A DNA stretch of 63,914 bases, filler included, from Nanobdellota archaeon (GTDB taxonomy: Archaea; Nanobdellota; Nanobdellia; B33-G15): the NCBI GenBank assembly GCA_003660925.1. It is 5 parts of 5 records of this genome, joined end to end, with 100 filler letters (N's around TTAATTAATTAA, not from the genome) between each part and the next. Parts side by side here need not be neighbours in the genome. Positions count along the whole stretch, not along the records: positions 1 to 15,869 come from QMVD01000010.1; positions 15,970 to 30,844 come from QMVD01000011.1; 3 more parts are not named here. The stretch is one strand, 5' to 3'. The notes under the pieces are model-generated. The model saw only the letters and a program-made list of their open reading frames with translations, had not been told where the DNA came from and did not search any database. A program made the translations under genes and the position numbers. This document shows, in pieces, positions 7,807-15,971 of the stretch (within the stretch, counting starts at the first letter, position 1; each line of letters opens with the position of its first letter).

Positions 7807-9450
7807 TCATTTAATTATGTCCACGATCATGACGGCGAGGGAGAGCACCATGACCAACACCCTGAGGAACATTGAAACTGGAATCAAGAAGAATAACGGT
7901 AGGGAAGTCAGGAAGAGGAAGAGTAAGAGATGCCTTCTGCTCACGTAATCCTTCAAATCCACCTCCTCCACTTCTTGTTTCTTACTCGCGTTCCTCTTCA
8001 ATAAAACTATCCAGAGTGGAGCCGGTAAGATCGTCATGCATGTCGCTAGAACAATAAAACTCAAAGATACCACATCAGTGATCTTTAGAATGAGATAGGC
8101 AAGGGTTAAGATGTAGGTAGGTACGTAGAAAAGGGTTAGGGCCTTCCACTCTTTTTCGTCCGGCAGCATCTCCACCAAGGTTCCCGTGGCGCGTGGACGG
8201 AGGAGCGAGAATATGGTGTAGAGCGTGACGAACTCCCCGATGAATGCCACGACCGAGAGGTGAAAGGGAAGGGGAGAAACAGCCAAGCCCATCTCCGAAT
8301 ACCCAATGAAAATCAAGAACGTGATCAGTAGAAACAAGGAAAACTTCAACTTGCTCTTGAACAGGGAGCTGACCCTCTTCTGGAAGGTTATGATAGACCT
8401 CTCCAAAAGGTACTTGTCGATCACGAGCAACGGAACGACGAAGATCATCAGCGCCCCGCCAAGTACGTCTATGGTCTCCACACCTGGCGCTCCAAAATTA
8501 ATGAGGCAGTTAGTCACCAAACCTGCAAGTATCAAGGAATAGAGGTCGAAGAAGCCCCTCCTCAAGACGTACGAGGAAACTATCAAGAGGGGAAAAGTAT
8601 AGAGCGAAAAAGCTATCAAGAAACCCTCACTGAGCATCTGCTGAGAGAACCAAAGAGTGGGCCTCTCCCTCACGAACAAGGCCAGACATCCTAAAAAGAA
8701 CCAGACAGCATATCTGTAGTTAATCTTTGAGAGAAGGAAGGTGATGGAGAGGAAAAAGAGGATATAAGCACATATCCTGCCCAGCGTCAGGAGGTCTTGG
8801 GTCATTAGCTGAACCACGTCCTTCTTCTCGAACAGCACCTCCACGTCGCTCACCTTTGCCCTAGCCCGCTCCCACGTCTCAAAGCTGACACCATCCCCGT
8901 GAAGCGGGTCGGGATCGCGAAAATTGATGAGGGTCATGTTGTCAAGTTTGACCGTGAGGATGCCCTCCTCCATCGAGGCCTCCACCTCGTACCATCGGCC
9001 AATCGAGAGGTTAACGGGGACTGATTGGCGCAGCAAGACTTCCTCGTCCCTCACTTTCGAGATATCTATCCCATTTTCGTGAAAGCCTAGTACGTACCTC
9101 TGATGCGCTCCTCGAGTGGACTCCCTGAAGTTCAGGTTCAAGCCACCTTCTTCTATCTTCATCTCAAAGCTCACCATCTTCACTCCAGAAAAGATATCAG
9201 GGATGAGTCTCTTCCTCAGGCCCTCCTTTATCCTCATCTCCCAAACAGGGGGAAAAATTCTCGCGAACCCTTCTCCCTCCCCTAAAAGAATCCCTTTGCC
9301 ACCTTCTTCTATCACCTTCCAATTAGGGTCTAACATCATCTCCTCCAGCGAGACGTGATAGAACTCCTTGACGTGAACGAACACAAGGCAGTCGAAGAGC
9401 GAGAGGAATACGCATGAGAGCAAGAGAAAGAAAAAGAACCCCTTCCTCAT
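7807..9450 (-). CDS. Hypothetical polytopic membrane protein with extracellular beta-sandwich (ConA-like) domain
   Basis: N-terminal hydrophobic helix, beta-rich segment (GRWYEVEA...LTVKLD...G.VSF), then about 10 hydrophobic helices. Confidence 0.6.
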   Translation of the reverse strand: MRKGFFFFLLLSCVFLSLFDCLVFVHVKEFYHVSLEEMMLDPNWKVIEEGGKGILLGEGEGFARIFPPVWEMRIKEGLRKRLIPDIFSGVKMVSFEMKIEEGGLNLNFRESTRGAHQRYVLGFHENGIDISKVRDEEVLLRQSVPVNLSIGRWYEVEASMEEGILTVKLDNMTLINFRDPDPLHGDGVSFETWERARAKVSDVEVLFEKKDVVQLMTQDLLTLGRICAYILFFLSITFLLSKINYRYAVWFFLGCLALFVRERPTLWFSQQMLSEGFLIAFSLYTFPLLIVSSYVLRRGFFDLYSLILAGLVTNCLINFGAPGVETIDVLGGALMIFVVPLLVIDKYLLERSIITFQKRVSSLFKSKLKFSLFLLITFLIFIGYSEMGLAVSPLPFHLSVVAFIGEFVTLYTIFSLLRPRATGTLVEMLPDEKEWKALTLFYVPTYILTLAYLILKITDVVSLSFIVLATCMTILPAPLWIVLLKRNASKKQEVEEVDLKDYVSRRHLLLFLFLTSLPLFFLIPVSMFLRVLVMVLSLAVMIVDIIK

Positions 9451-9531
9451 GTAAGATTTCCTCCCAAGTTCGCCTTAATAAGAGTTGTGGATGCGAAAGG
9501 TTAAAAATGGCGTTGAGGGGGTAAGAATAGA

Positions 9532-9603
9532 GGGCCGGTGGTCTAGTGGCAGGACGCGCCCCTGGCTAGGGCGAGGCCGCGGGTTCGAATCCCGCCCGGT
9601 CCA
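9532..9603 (+). tRNA. tRNA-Ala(GGC)
   Basis: GGGCCGG/CCGGTCC acceptor with G3:U70, CGCCC-CTGGCTA-GGGCG anticodon arm, GGTTCGAATCC; TATA-like TTAAAAAT at 9501-9508. Confidence 0.93.
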
Positions 9604-9604
9604 G

Positions 9605-10306
9605 GTGTTCGCCTTGGATACGATCGAACGGCTCCTCGATTACTACGGGGGAAGAAGTTTGTGGAAAGAGGTAAAGGAGGTCTTCAAGTCCGAGGGGGTT
9701 CCTTGGAGGGAGAGGAATTTCAGGAGTCCCTTCCAAAACTTGGTGGCGGTCATCTTATCTCAGAATACGAGTGACAAGAACTCAACGAGGGCTTACATAG
9801 GATTGCTGAAGAAGTTCGGCAAGATAACCCCAGAAACCTTAAAGAAGGCGAGAGTGGAGGAGATAAGGGAAGCTATAAGGCCTGGGGGATTATACAACCT
9901 GAAGGCGAGGAGGTTGAAGGAACTAGCAGAGATCTTCGATAAGATAAACATCAAAAAGTTGAAGCGAATGGGGAGGGAAGAAGCAAGGAAAGAGTTGATG
10001 AGGATAAAGGGAATAGGTCAGAAAAGTGCTGACGTCTTTTTGAATTACGTCTTGGGAAAGCCCAGTTTCCCCATCGATACCAACATAAAGAGGGTGGTCA
10101 GGAGATTGGGTTGGGTGGGAGAAAAAGCAAGTTATGAGGAGATGAGAAAGGTGTTGGAAAGCAAGATACCTAAGAAGCTTTGGGGAAAGGCTCACGAGTT
10201 GCTGATAAGATTGGGAAGGGACCTCTGTAAACCGAAAAACCCGAAGTGCGGGGAATGTCTTATCAGGGAGTTCTGCGAATTCGGTAAAAGATATAAAAGA
10301 GGTTGA
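9605..10306 (+). CDS. nth: Endonuclease III (HhH-GPD, 4Fe-4S)
   Basis: ILSQNTSD, IKGIGQKSA, PIDTNIKRV, C-terminal C.PKNPKC.EC.I...C; start re-called to GTG 9605 because the ORF-track N-terminus translates the tRNA. Confidence 0.92.
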   Translation: MFALDTIERLLDYYGGRSLWKEVKEVFKSEGVPWRERNFRSPFQNLVAVILSQNTSDKNSTRAYIGLLKKFGKITPETLKKARVEEIREAIRPGGLYNLKARRLKELAEIFDKINIKKLKRMGREEARKELMRIKGIGQKSADVFLNYVLGKPSFPIDTNIKRVVRRLGWVGEKASYEEMRKVLESKIPKKLWGKAHELLIRLGRDLCKPKNPKCGECLIREFCEFGKRYKRG

Positions 10307-10318
10307 GGAGGGATATCC

Positions 10319-10804
10319 ATGAAGCTCGAGATCGTTGAGGTGAAGAAGCCAGAGGGGACCAACGTCATCTTGGGGCAGAGCCACTTCATAAAAACGGTGG
10401 AGGACATACACGAGGCGCTGGTGAACTCCGTTCCAAACATAAAGTTCGGCCTCGCCTTCTGCGAGTCCTCGGGAGACAGGTTGGTGAGGACCTCAGGGAC
10501 GGATGAAGAGTTGGAAAAAGTCGCGGCGGAGAACGTCCTGAACATCGGAGCAGGACATTGCTTCATGATCGTGCTCAGGGATTGTTATCCCATAAACGTC
10601 TTGAACGCTGTGAAGCACGTGCCAGAGGTTTGCAGGATCTTCTGCGCCACAGCGAACCCCCTCCAGGTGGTCGTGGTGGAAACATCTCAAGGGAGGGGGA
10701 TACTTGGAGTCATAGACGGAGAGAAGCCGAAGGGGATAGAGGATGAGGAGAAGGTTAAAGAGAGGAAGGAGTTCCTCAGGAAGATAGGATACAAGTTAGG
10801 ATAG
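10319..10804 (+). CDS. Adenosine-specific kinase / AMP-binding family protein (DUF355)
   Basis: [47 protein letters not shown]. Confidence 0.9.
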   Translation: MKLEIVEVKKPEGTNVILGQSHFIKTVEDIHEALVNSVPNIKFGLAFCESSGDRLVRTSGTDEELEKVAAENVLNIGAGHCFMIVLRDCYPINVLNAVKHVPEVCRIFCATANPLQVVVVETSQGRGILGVIDGEKPKGIEDEEKVKERKEFLRKIGYKLG

Positions 10805-11425
10805 CTCCACGGTGTAAGTGCCGGGGTACCCCTTCACCTTACAGAGTATCCGGACGGAAGAAGGCTCCTTGACCAATTCCTTAGCGCTGTCGAAGAAGGC
10901 TCGATAGACCTCATACACTTCTTTCTCCTTAGGAGAGAGCAACCTCGCGAGCTCCTCTTTCTCCACTTTTATCTCCTTTCTTCCCAAATTAACCTCGATC
11001 AACTTCCCCAGGTCCATCTTATCCGTCCTGAAGAACACCTCCTCCAAGGGTTCCAACAGGCGCTCCTTCTTCAACCATTTCTCCACCTTCCCATAGTTCC
11101 CGCTCTCTATCGCCTTCTTGATCTCTTCATCCCCCTCTATCCTCCTCTTTATTGCCGCCAACCTATCGTAAAGTAGGTGGGGGTTCAACTTCTTCCTCCC
11201 TATGTAGGCCAAACATAAATCCCCGTGGATGGATATCTGAATATGTCTTCCCTCCCTCCCGATAATGTCGTACCCTATGAACTCTACTTTCCCTCTGGTC
11301 GCTCCCCTCAACTTTTCGGAGAGACTGGAGAGGAAGCCAGAGTATAACATGGAGAAGTCGAGGTCCCCAGTGGTCCCAAGGGGAGGTTCCCCCCTCTTGA
11401 ACAGGATGAAGGTGGGTTCTTCCAT
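10796..11425 (-). CDS. Hypothetical protein, possible longin-like N-terminal domain
   Basis: 209-aa ORF with host-like composition; N-terminal pattern [19 protein letters not shown]. Confidence 0.6.
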   Translation of the reverse strand: MEEPTFILFKRGEPPLGTTGDLDFSMLYSGFLSSLSEKLRGATRGKVEFIGYDIIGREGRHIQISIHGDLCLAYIGRKKLNPHLLYDRLAAIKRRIEGDEEIKKAIESGNYGKVEKWLKKERLLEPLEEVFFRTDKMDLGKLIEVNLGRKEIKVEKEELARLLSPKEKEVYEVYRAFFDSAKELVKEPSSVRILCKVKGYPGTYTVELS

Positions 11426-11495
11426 GATTTCTACTTATGTCATTCTTATAAAAAGGATTCGAAAAGGTTTTATTTCTCCCGCACGCTTTTACATC

Positions 11496-11603
11496 GCCGG
11501 GGTAGTTTAGCCTGGTTAGAACGCCGGACTCATACATTCGTATGAGTGCAGACTCGCGGATGAAGAAATCCGGTAATCGCGGGTTCAAATCCCGCCCCCG
11601 GCA
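11496..11603 (+). tRNA. tRNA-Met(CAT), elongator, with 33-nt intron at 37/38 (11535-11567)
   Basis: GCCGGGG/CCCCGGC acceptor, CCGGA-CTCATA[intron]A-TCCGG, GGTTCAAATCC; intron folds CATTCGT/GCGGATG. Confidence 0.93.
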
Positions 11604-12781
11604 TCCTGTTCAACCTTAGAGTACTCTTTCAGCAATTCCGTGTAGACCCTCTTAACTAACTCTAAGTCCTTGAGATTCACGAATTCGTCAGGTTTGTGAG
11701 ACATTTCCATTGGACCTGGACCAAAATTACAAGCAGGAACCCCCCACCTTTCCGAAAGGATTCCTGCCTCGGTAATCCCTTGGGACATGATGTAACCTAC
11801 TTCACCGACTTCTCTTTTCACTATCGACTCTAACTTCTTCAACGATTCCCTACTCGTGAGAAGTGGACCGTAAACGAAGTCTACCTTCATCTCGGGTTCT
11901 CGGAACGTAGAAACGAAGTCCAAGCCATTCTCCTCGCATCTTTGCTTGAACTTCTCCTTTATTTCATTCCTTACCAAACTCTTTACGCGCTCGACGGTCA
12001 ATTTCGGTGTTGTCCTGATATCCAAGACGACCATTGCTTCATCCGGAACACGATTATAACTCCCCTCTTTTCCCCCACGTATATAAGCGAGATTAAAGCT
12101 ACATCTCCCTAACTCTGGATCTTCGAATTCCTCGGAAGTGATTGTTTTTTTAACCCCTCCCACGGAGTCCATCAAGAGCTCGATAGCATTTATGCCCAAG
12201 TTTGGGGAGCCGGCATGCGCCGATTTTCCATATGCTGTCACCCGAGCTTGAATTATTCCTCTATGTTTATTACAGATCTTCAGGTTCGTAGGTTCGCCGA
12301 AAACGGCCAGTGAAGGCCTGATCTCATTCGATTCCAAGAACTTGTTTATGCCCTTAAATTCGTATTCTTCATCGACAGTGAAGAGATAACAAAAATTATT
12401 CAACTTAGGAAGATGTTCCTCGCTAAGAGCCATAACCGCGGCGATAGCTCCTTTTACATCAACACTTCCCAAACCATAAACCCTGCCATTCGCTTCTTTA
12501 GGCTCAAAGGGATGACAGACTTTCCAATCTCTTTCATTAGTCGGGACGGTATCCAAGTGGAAACCTAGAAGGAGCTCTGGTTTGCCCTTTTTGACGATGA
12601 TGTTGAACCTGTCCCCTTCAACAGGTTGTTTTTCTACTTCTAAGTCTGGATCCTTTCCCTTCAACTCTCGAAAGAAGTTGTAAACGTAGTTTCCTACCTC
12701 AACCTCATTCACGTTATCCTCATCGTCCCTATAACTTGGAATGCTAATTAATCTGAATAGGATGCTCCTCAGTCTCGACAT
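11585..12781 (-). CDS. M20 family metallo-amidohydrolase (ArgE/DapE-like)
   Basis: HLDTVP, YGLGSVDVKG, DEE, GEPT, GKSAHAG.P..G.NAI, GPG...SH.PDE. Confidence 0.92.
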   Translation of the reverse strand: MSRLRSILFRLISIPSYRDDEDNVNEVEVGNYVYNFFRELKGKDPDLEVEKQPVEGDRFNIIVKKGKPELLLGFHLDTVPTNERDWKVCHPFEPKEANGRVYGLGSVDVKGAIAAVMALSEEHLPKLNNFCYLFTVDEEYEFKGINKFLESNEIRPSLAVFGEPTNLKICNKHRGIIQARVTAYGKSAHAGSPNLGINAIELLMDSVGGVKKTITSEEFEDPELGRCSFNLAYIRGGKEGSYNRVPDEAMVVLDIRTTPKLTVERVKSLVRNEIKEKFKQRCEENGLDFVSTFREPEMKVDFVYGPLLTSRESLKKLESIVKREVGEVGYIMSQGITEAGILSERWGVPACNFGPGPMEMSHKPDEFVNLKDLELVKRVYTELLKEYSKVEQDAGGGI

Positions 12782-12868
12782 ATTAAGATGTAAGTGGTTA
12801 TGTTTTTATCGCTTGCTGTATTTCTGCCGAGTTTGAGAAATTCAATTAAATTAAGTAAAAGATATGAA

Positions 12869-13040
12869 AAACATGGAACCATCTTAACCGTGAACACGCC
12901 AGAGCCTCCGGAAGAAGTCGCTAAAAAATCCTGAGATGATTTATTAATCAGTGGATGAGGGAAAGGTGAGGAAGGGTGTAGAGAACTCCATCAAGGTGGC
13001 GCTAGAAGCTGTTAAGTTGCTTTCTGACAAAGGAATTTGA
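12869..13040 (+). pseudogene. Degraded C-terminal remnant of a nucleoside (uridine/purine) phosphorylase
   Basis: HGTILTVNTPEPPEEVAK, frameshift at an A6 run, NPEMIY*SVDEGKVRKGVENSIKVALEAVKLL; no N-terminal part. Confidence 0.55.
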
Positions 13041-13057
13041 ACTTCACTAGAATAAGG

Positions 13058-13669
13058 TCACTTCAACACCTTGCCGGTCTCCTTGTACCAAAGGTATAAG
13101 TCAAGTTCTGCAAGATTCATCCCCAATCTTCTCGCGATCTTCCTTAACTTCCCCTCGATCTCCAAATATTTCTTCCTCGTTAGGGTCCTAGGTCTTTTAA
13201 TGATCCCTTCTTTCTCTAACAGGTCCAAGATGTGATAATCGAGTATGGCATAATCTTCATAACCCACGTTCCTCAAGAAATGACTAGCTTCCTTGTAGCC
13301 AATACCTTTAATGTTCCTCACCAACCACTCCCTGGGGTCCTTTGCGGATAAAACTTTTCCCTTCAGGTCCTTCGCGTGCTTCCTCGCCCCAACTATGTAC
13401 TCCGCCCTCTTATTCGGGAACCTGTGACCCAGTTCTCTCAACCTTCTCTTCAGTTCTCCCTCTGAGAGGGTGAGGAAGCCATCACCTATCTCTCTTTGTA
13501 TCTTGAGCCCTCCCAAGGCGGAGTAGTTAGCGGTCAAGATGCAAAAACAAAGCTCATTGAACCACTCCTCGCTTCCCTTCTTCCCCATCTCTTTGAATTC
13601 TCTCAGCTTTTCCTCGACGAGGGAACCTATCTCTTTCTTGAGCTCCTTCGACTCCTCCGAGATTTTCAC
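13058..13669 (-). CDS. ogg: 8-oxoguanine DNA glycosylase/AP lyase
   Basis: ELCFCILTAN, HRFPNKRAEYIV, GIGYKEASHFLRNVG, LDLYLWY..TGKVLK; start re-called to GTG 13669. Confidence 0.93.
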   Translation of the reverse strand: MKISEESKELKKEIGSLVEEKLREFKEMGKKGSEEWFNELCFCILTANYSALGGLKIQREIGDGFLTLSEGELKRRLRELGHRFPNKRAEYIVGARKHAKDLKGKVLSAKDPREWLVRNIKGIGYKEASHFLRNVGYEDYAILDYHILDLLEKEGIIKRPRTLTRKKYLEIEGKLRKIARRLGMNLAELDLYLWYKETGKVLK

Positions 13670-13703
13670 TAAATTTATTAATAGGATGATTTTGAAATAT
13701 GTT

Positions 13704-13925
13704 ATGGCAAAAGTGCCGAAGAAGTACAGGGAGTTCCTGACGAACTTGGTGATCGCGTCGAGCGTCGGGATGTTCATGTGGTTCCTCCTCCTGGCGATCT
13801 CGGGGCTCTTCGTGAGGAGTTTATGGAGCGAGGCTTCGCTCATATTCGGCCTCTTTGTGCTGATCCCAGCCTACATAACGGTATTCGCGGTGATAACTTG
13901 GGCCCTGATACTCCAAAAGAAATAA
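13704..13925 (+). CDS. Small two-TM hypothetical protein
   Basis: MAKVPKKYREFL followed by two hydrophobic helices. Confidence 0.6.
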   Translation: MAKVPKKYREFLTNLVIASSVGMFMWFLLLAISGLFVRSLWSEASLIFGLFVLIPAYITVFAVITWALILQKK

Positions 13926-14149
13926 GCCCTGAAGAAAGGGCGAAGAGGTTAAAGGTAAAGAAGGATTACGAGAACGAGAGAAGAATAGCCTTCACGGTGA
14001 TGGATGAGGAGAAGGGGACGACTCACTCCGTGATTTATCACAAGGAAAAGGACGAGTGGACCTGTGATTGCATGTGGTTCTCTACTAGATATGATAAAAC
14101 CAAAAGATATTGTGCCCACATCTTGGCCGCTAAAAGGTGGTCCGAGTGA
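13898..14149 (+). CDS. SWIM zinc-finger protein (start uncertain)
   Basis: WTCDC...YCAHILA SWIM motif. Confidence 0.75.
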   Translation: MGPDTPKEISPEERAKRLKVKKDYENERRIAFTVMDEEKGTTHSVIYHKEKDEWTCDCMWFSTRYDKTKRYCAHILAAKRWSE

Positions 14150-14403
14150 TGATCATACTACTAGGACTATTGGACATACTCTCCGCCGTCTCCATGCTCT
14201 TCCCCGGGTTTTGGACCACACCCATCCTAACTTTGTTGTTCTTAAAGGGGTTATGGAGCTTAAGTGTATCACGTGATATATTCTTCATAACACTTAGTTT
14301 GTTAGACATGCTTTCCGTAATATTTTTTATGTTACATATAACCCTTTTAATCCGAGCTCTCGCCCTTTATCTCGTGTTAAAAGGTATTTGGAGCCTGTTA
14401 TGA
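14149..14403 (+). CDS. Small hydrophobic membrane protein with internal duplication
   Basis: Two similar halves LLD(I/M)LS...LKG(L/I)WSL. Confidence 0.65.
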   Translation: MIILLGLLDILSAVSMLFPGFWTTPILTLLFLKGLWSLSVSRDIFFITLSLLDMLSVIFFMLHITLLIRALALYLVLKGIWSLL

Positions 14404-15207
14404 TCTCTTAGCGAAGTCCGACAGGACGCTCCTCTTCACGACCTTTTTGCCGATCAACGACTTGAAGTTAATGAGAAACCTCCTGAAGATCAACAAGTTT
14501 CCTAACAGCTTGAAGTCTTCATCAGGGATGAAATTCACTTCTCTCAACAGTATCTGACTACTCAACGCACTCGAAGCGTCCAAGTTCGCTTTTAGGATAC
14601 CATCCACCCCATATTTTGATTCAAACCAGTCGAGATCCAGTTCCCTATAAAGTTTCAATTTCTGACTCAAAGTGAGCTTGTCCGGAAGTTCTTTCCTCAT
14701 CTCGCTCTCCTTTCTCCTTGCTTTCATACCATCCTCAAACTCCCCCACTAATTTGTACGCAATAGCTCCCTGCTCCCATAACCTCTCCTTTAGCCTCCTC
14801 TTGGCGGCCACCCCCACCTTAACGATCTTCCCACCAAAATATGCCAGGTAAACGAAGAAGGGTTGGGAGCACCACTCCTCAAAGGTCCTCGAGTTATAGC
14901 AAGTTCTCCCGTCGCACATTGAACAGAAGGAGAAAGCGTCTCTCTTCTTGCATTCCTCGCATTGATGCCCTTTGGTTAACAAGATGCCGTGGGGGATTAA
15001 TTTCCCAATGACACTGTAACCGATGCAATATCTCTCCTTGGATAAGTGCTTTCCCCTCAGAAAGGAGGGTTCTTTGAGGTGGGCCTCCTTTCCCTGGTGA
15101 ACTTCCAGCTTCGGCTCTTCCTTAAACAATATCCTCGCTATGATCACACTTTCCCTTTGGCACTTAGGATTTATTATGGTTTGGAGAGGGTTTCCTTTGA
15201 GCGACAT
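14398..15207 (-). CDS. DUF2797-like protein
   Basis: RYCIG, QCEEC, VYLAYFG..VKVGVA..R...RLWEQGA. Confidence 0.75.
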   Translation of the reverse strand: MSLKGNPLQTIINPKCQRESVIIARILFKEEPKLEVHQGKEAHLKEPSFLRGKHLSKERYCIGYSVIGKLIPHGILLTKGHQCEECKKRDAFSFCSMCDGRTCYNSRTFEEWCSQPFFVYLAYFGGKIVKVGVAAKRRLKERLWEQGAIAYKLVGEFEDGMKARRKESEMRKELPDKLTLSQKLKLYRELDLDWFESKYGVDGILKANLDASSALSSQILLREVNFIPDEDFKLLGNLLIFRRFLINFKSLIGKKVVKRSVLSDFAKRS

Positions 15208-15280
15208 CAGTTAATCTCGTGCTCGATAAAATATTTAATGCACATGTTTGATAAACTTGATATCCGGAGGTGTTTCCCAT

Positions 15281-15565
15281 ATGAAGTGGTTGGAGGAGTA
15301 TGAGAAAAAAGCGAAGGAACTCCACGAACAGAGAAAGCTCACCATGATCTCAAGGGGGGAGCATCACGTCGCTTTCAAGGTGTTAGGGGACGACAGGGTT
15401 CACGTGAGATATGTCTGTCCCAAATGTGGACATAAAGAGGAACTATATCGAGAATTGAAATTCCCTTACAAGTTGAGGTGTTCTCGTTGTAAATACATGG
15501 TCTGGGAAAGCAAATTGAGGAGACAGAGAGGAAGGAAGAAGAGAGAAAGTCCTATTCTCATTTAA
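15281..15565 (+). CDS. Small Zn-ribbon protein
   Basis: CPKCGH...CSRC; GGAGGTG upstream of ATG. Confidence 0.7.
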   Translation: MKWLEEYEKKAKELHEQRKLTMISRGEHHVAFKVLGDDRVHVRYVCPKCGHKEELYRELKFPYKLRCSRCKYMVWESKLRRQRGRKKRESPILI

Positions 15566-15669
15566 AAAGTCCAATTTTAGACATAAAATATTTAAAAATT
15601 GAAAACGACGCTAAAAGGAGGAGGTGGTGGAAATGAAAAAAGGTGATTTAGAAAGGGGTCACGAAGACC

Positions 15670-15869
15670 TTGGAGGATCTTCTTGAGCAGAAGGTTGATT
15701 TCTTAAAGGGTTTCGGGGAGCTCATTTGGGTTCACTCTGTTAAGATACCAAATAGCCTCTCAGAGATTCTAAGCGACCTCAACATCTCGAGCGTGTATTT
15801 GACGCCAACATTGGCTAGCAAGATCTTGGAACTGGACAATAAGTGCTATGGAGGCATGGGCATGCCAGA
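15670..15869 (+). CDS. Hypothetical protein, truncated by gap
   Basis: Open frame running into the N gap; start uncertain. Confidence 0.35.
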
Positions 15870-15969
15870 NNNNNNNNNNNNNNNNNNNNNNNNNNNNNNN
15901 NNNNNNNNNNNNNTTAATTAATTAANNNNNNNNNNNNNNNNNNNNNNNNNNNNNNNNNNNNNNNNNNNN
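15870..15969. other. Assembly spacer (N run with TTAATTAATTAA linker)
   Basis: Linker at 15914-15925 places stops in all six frames. Confidence 0.97.
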
Positions 15970-15971
15970 CC

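Noticed and set aside
9485..9604. N-terminal extension of endonuclease III in the ORF track
   Set aside because: It is a translation of the promoter and tRNA-Ala gene.
11163..11588. 141-aa minus-strand ORF
   Set aside because: Antisense to tRNA-Met and out of frame with the 10796-11425 gene; shadow ORF.
13670..13843. Long N-terminal extension of Ogg
   Set aside because: Overlaps the divergent promoter and the 13704 gene; Ogg similarity starts near 13669.
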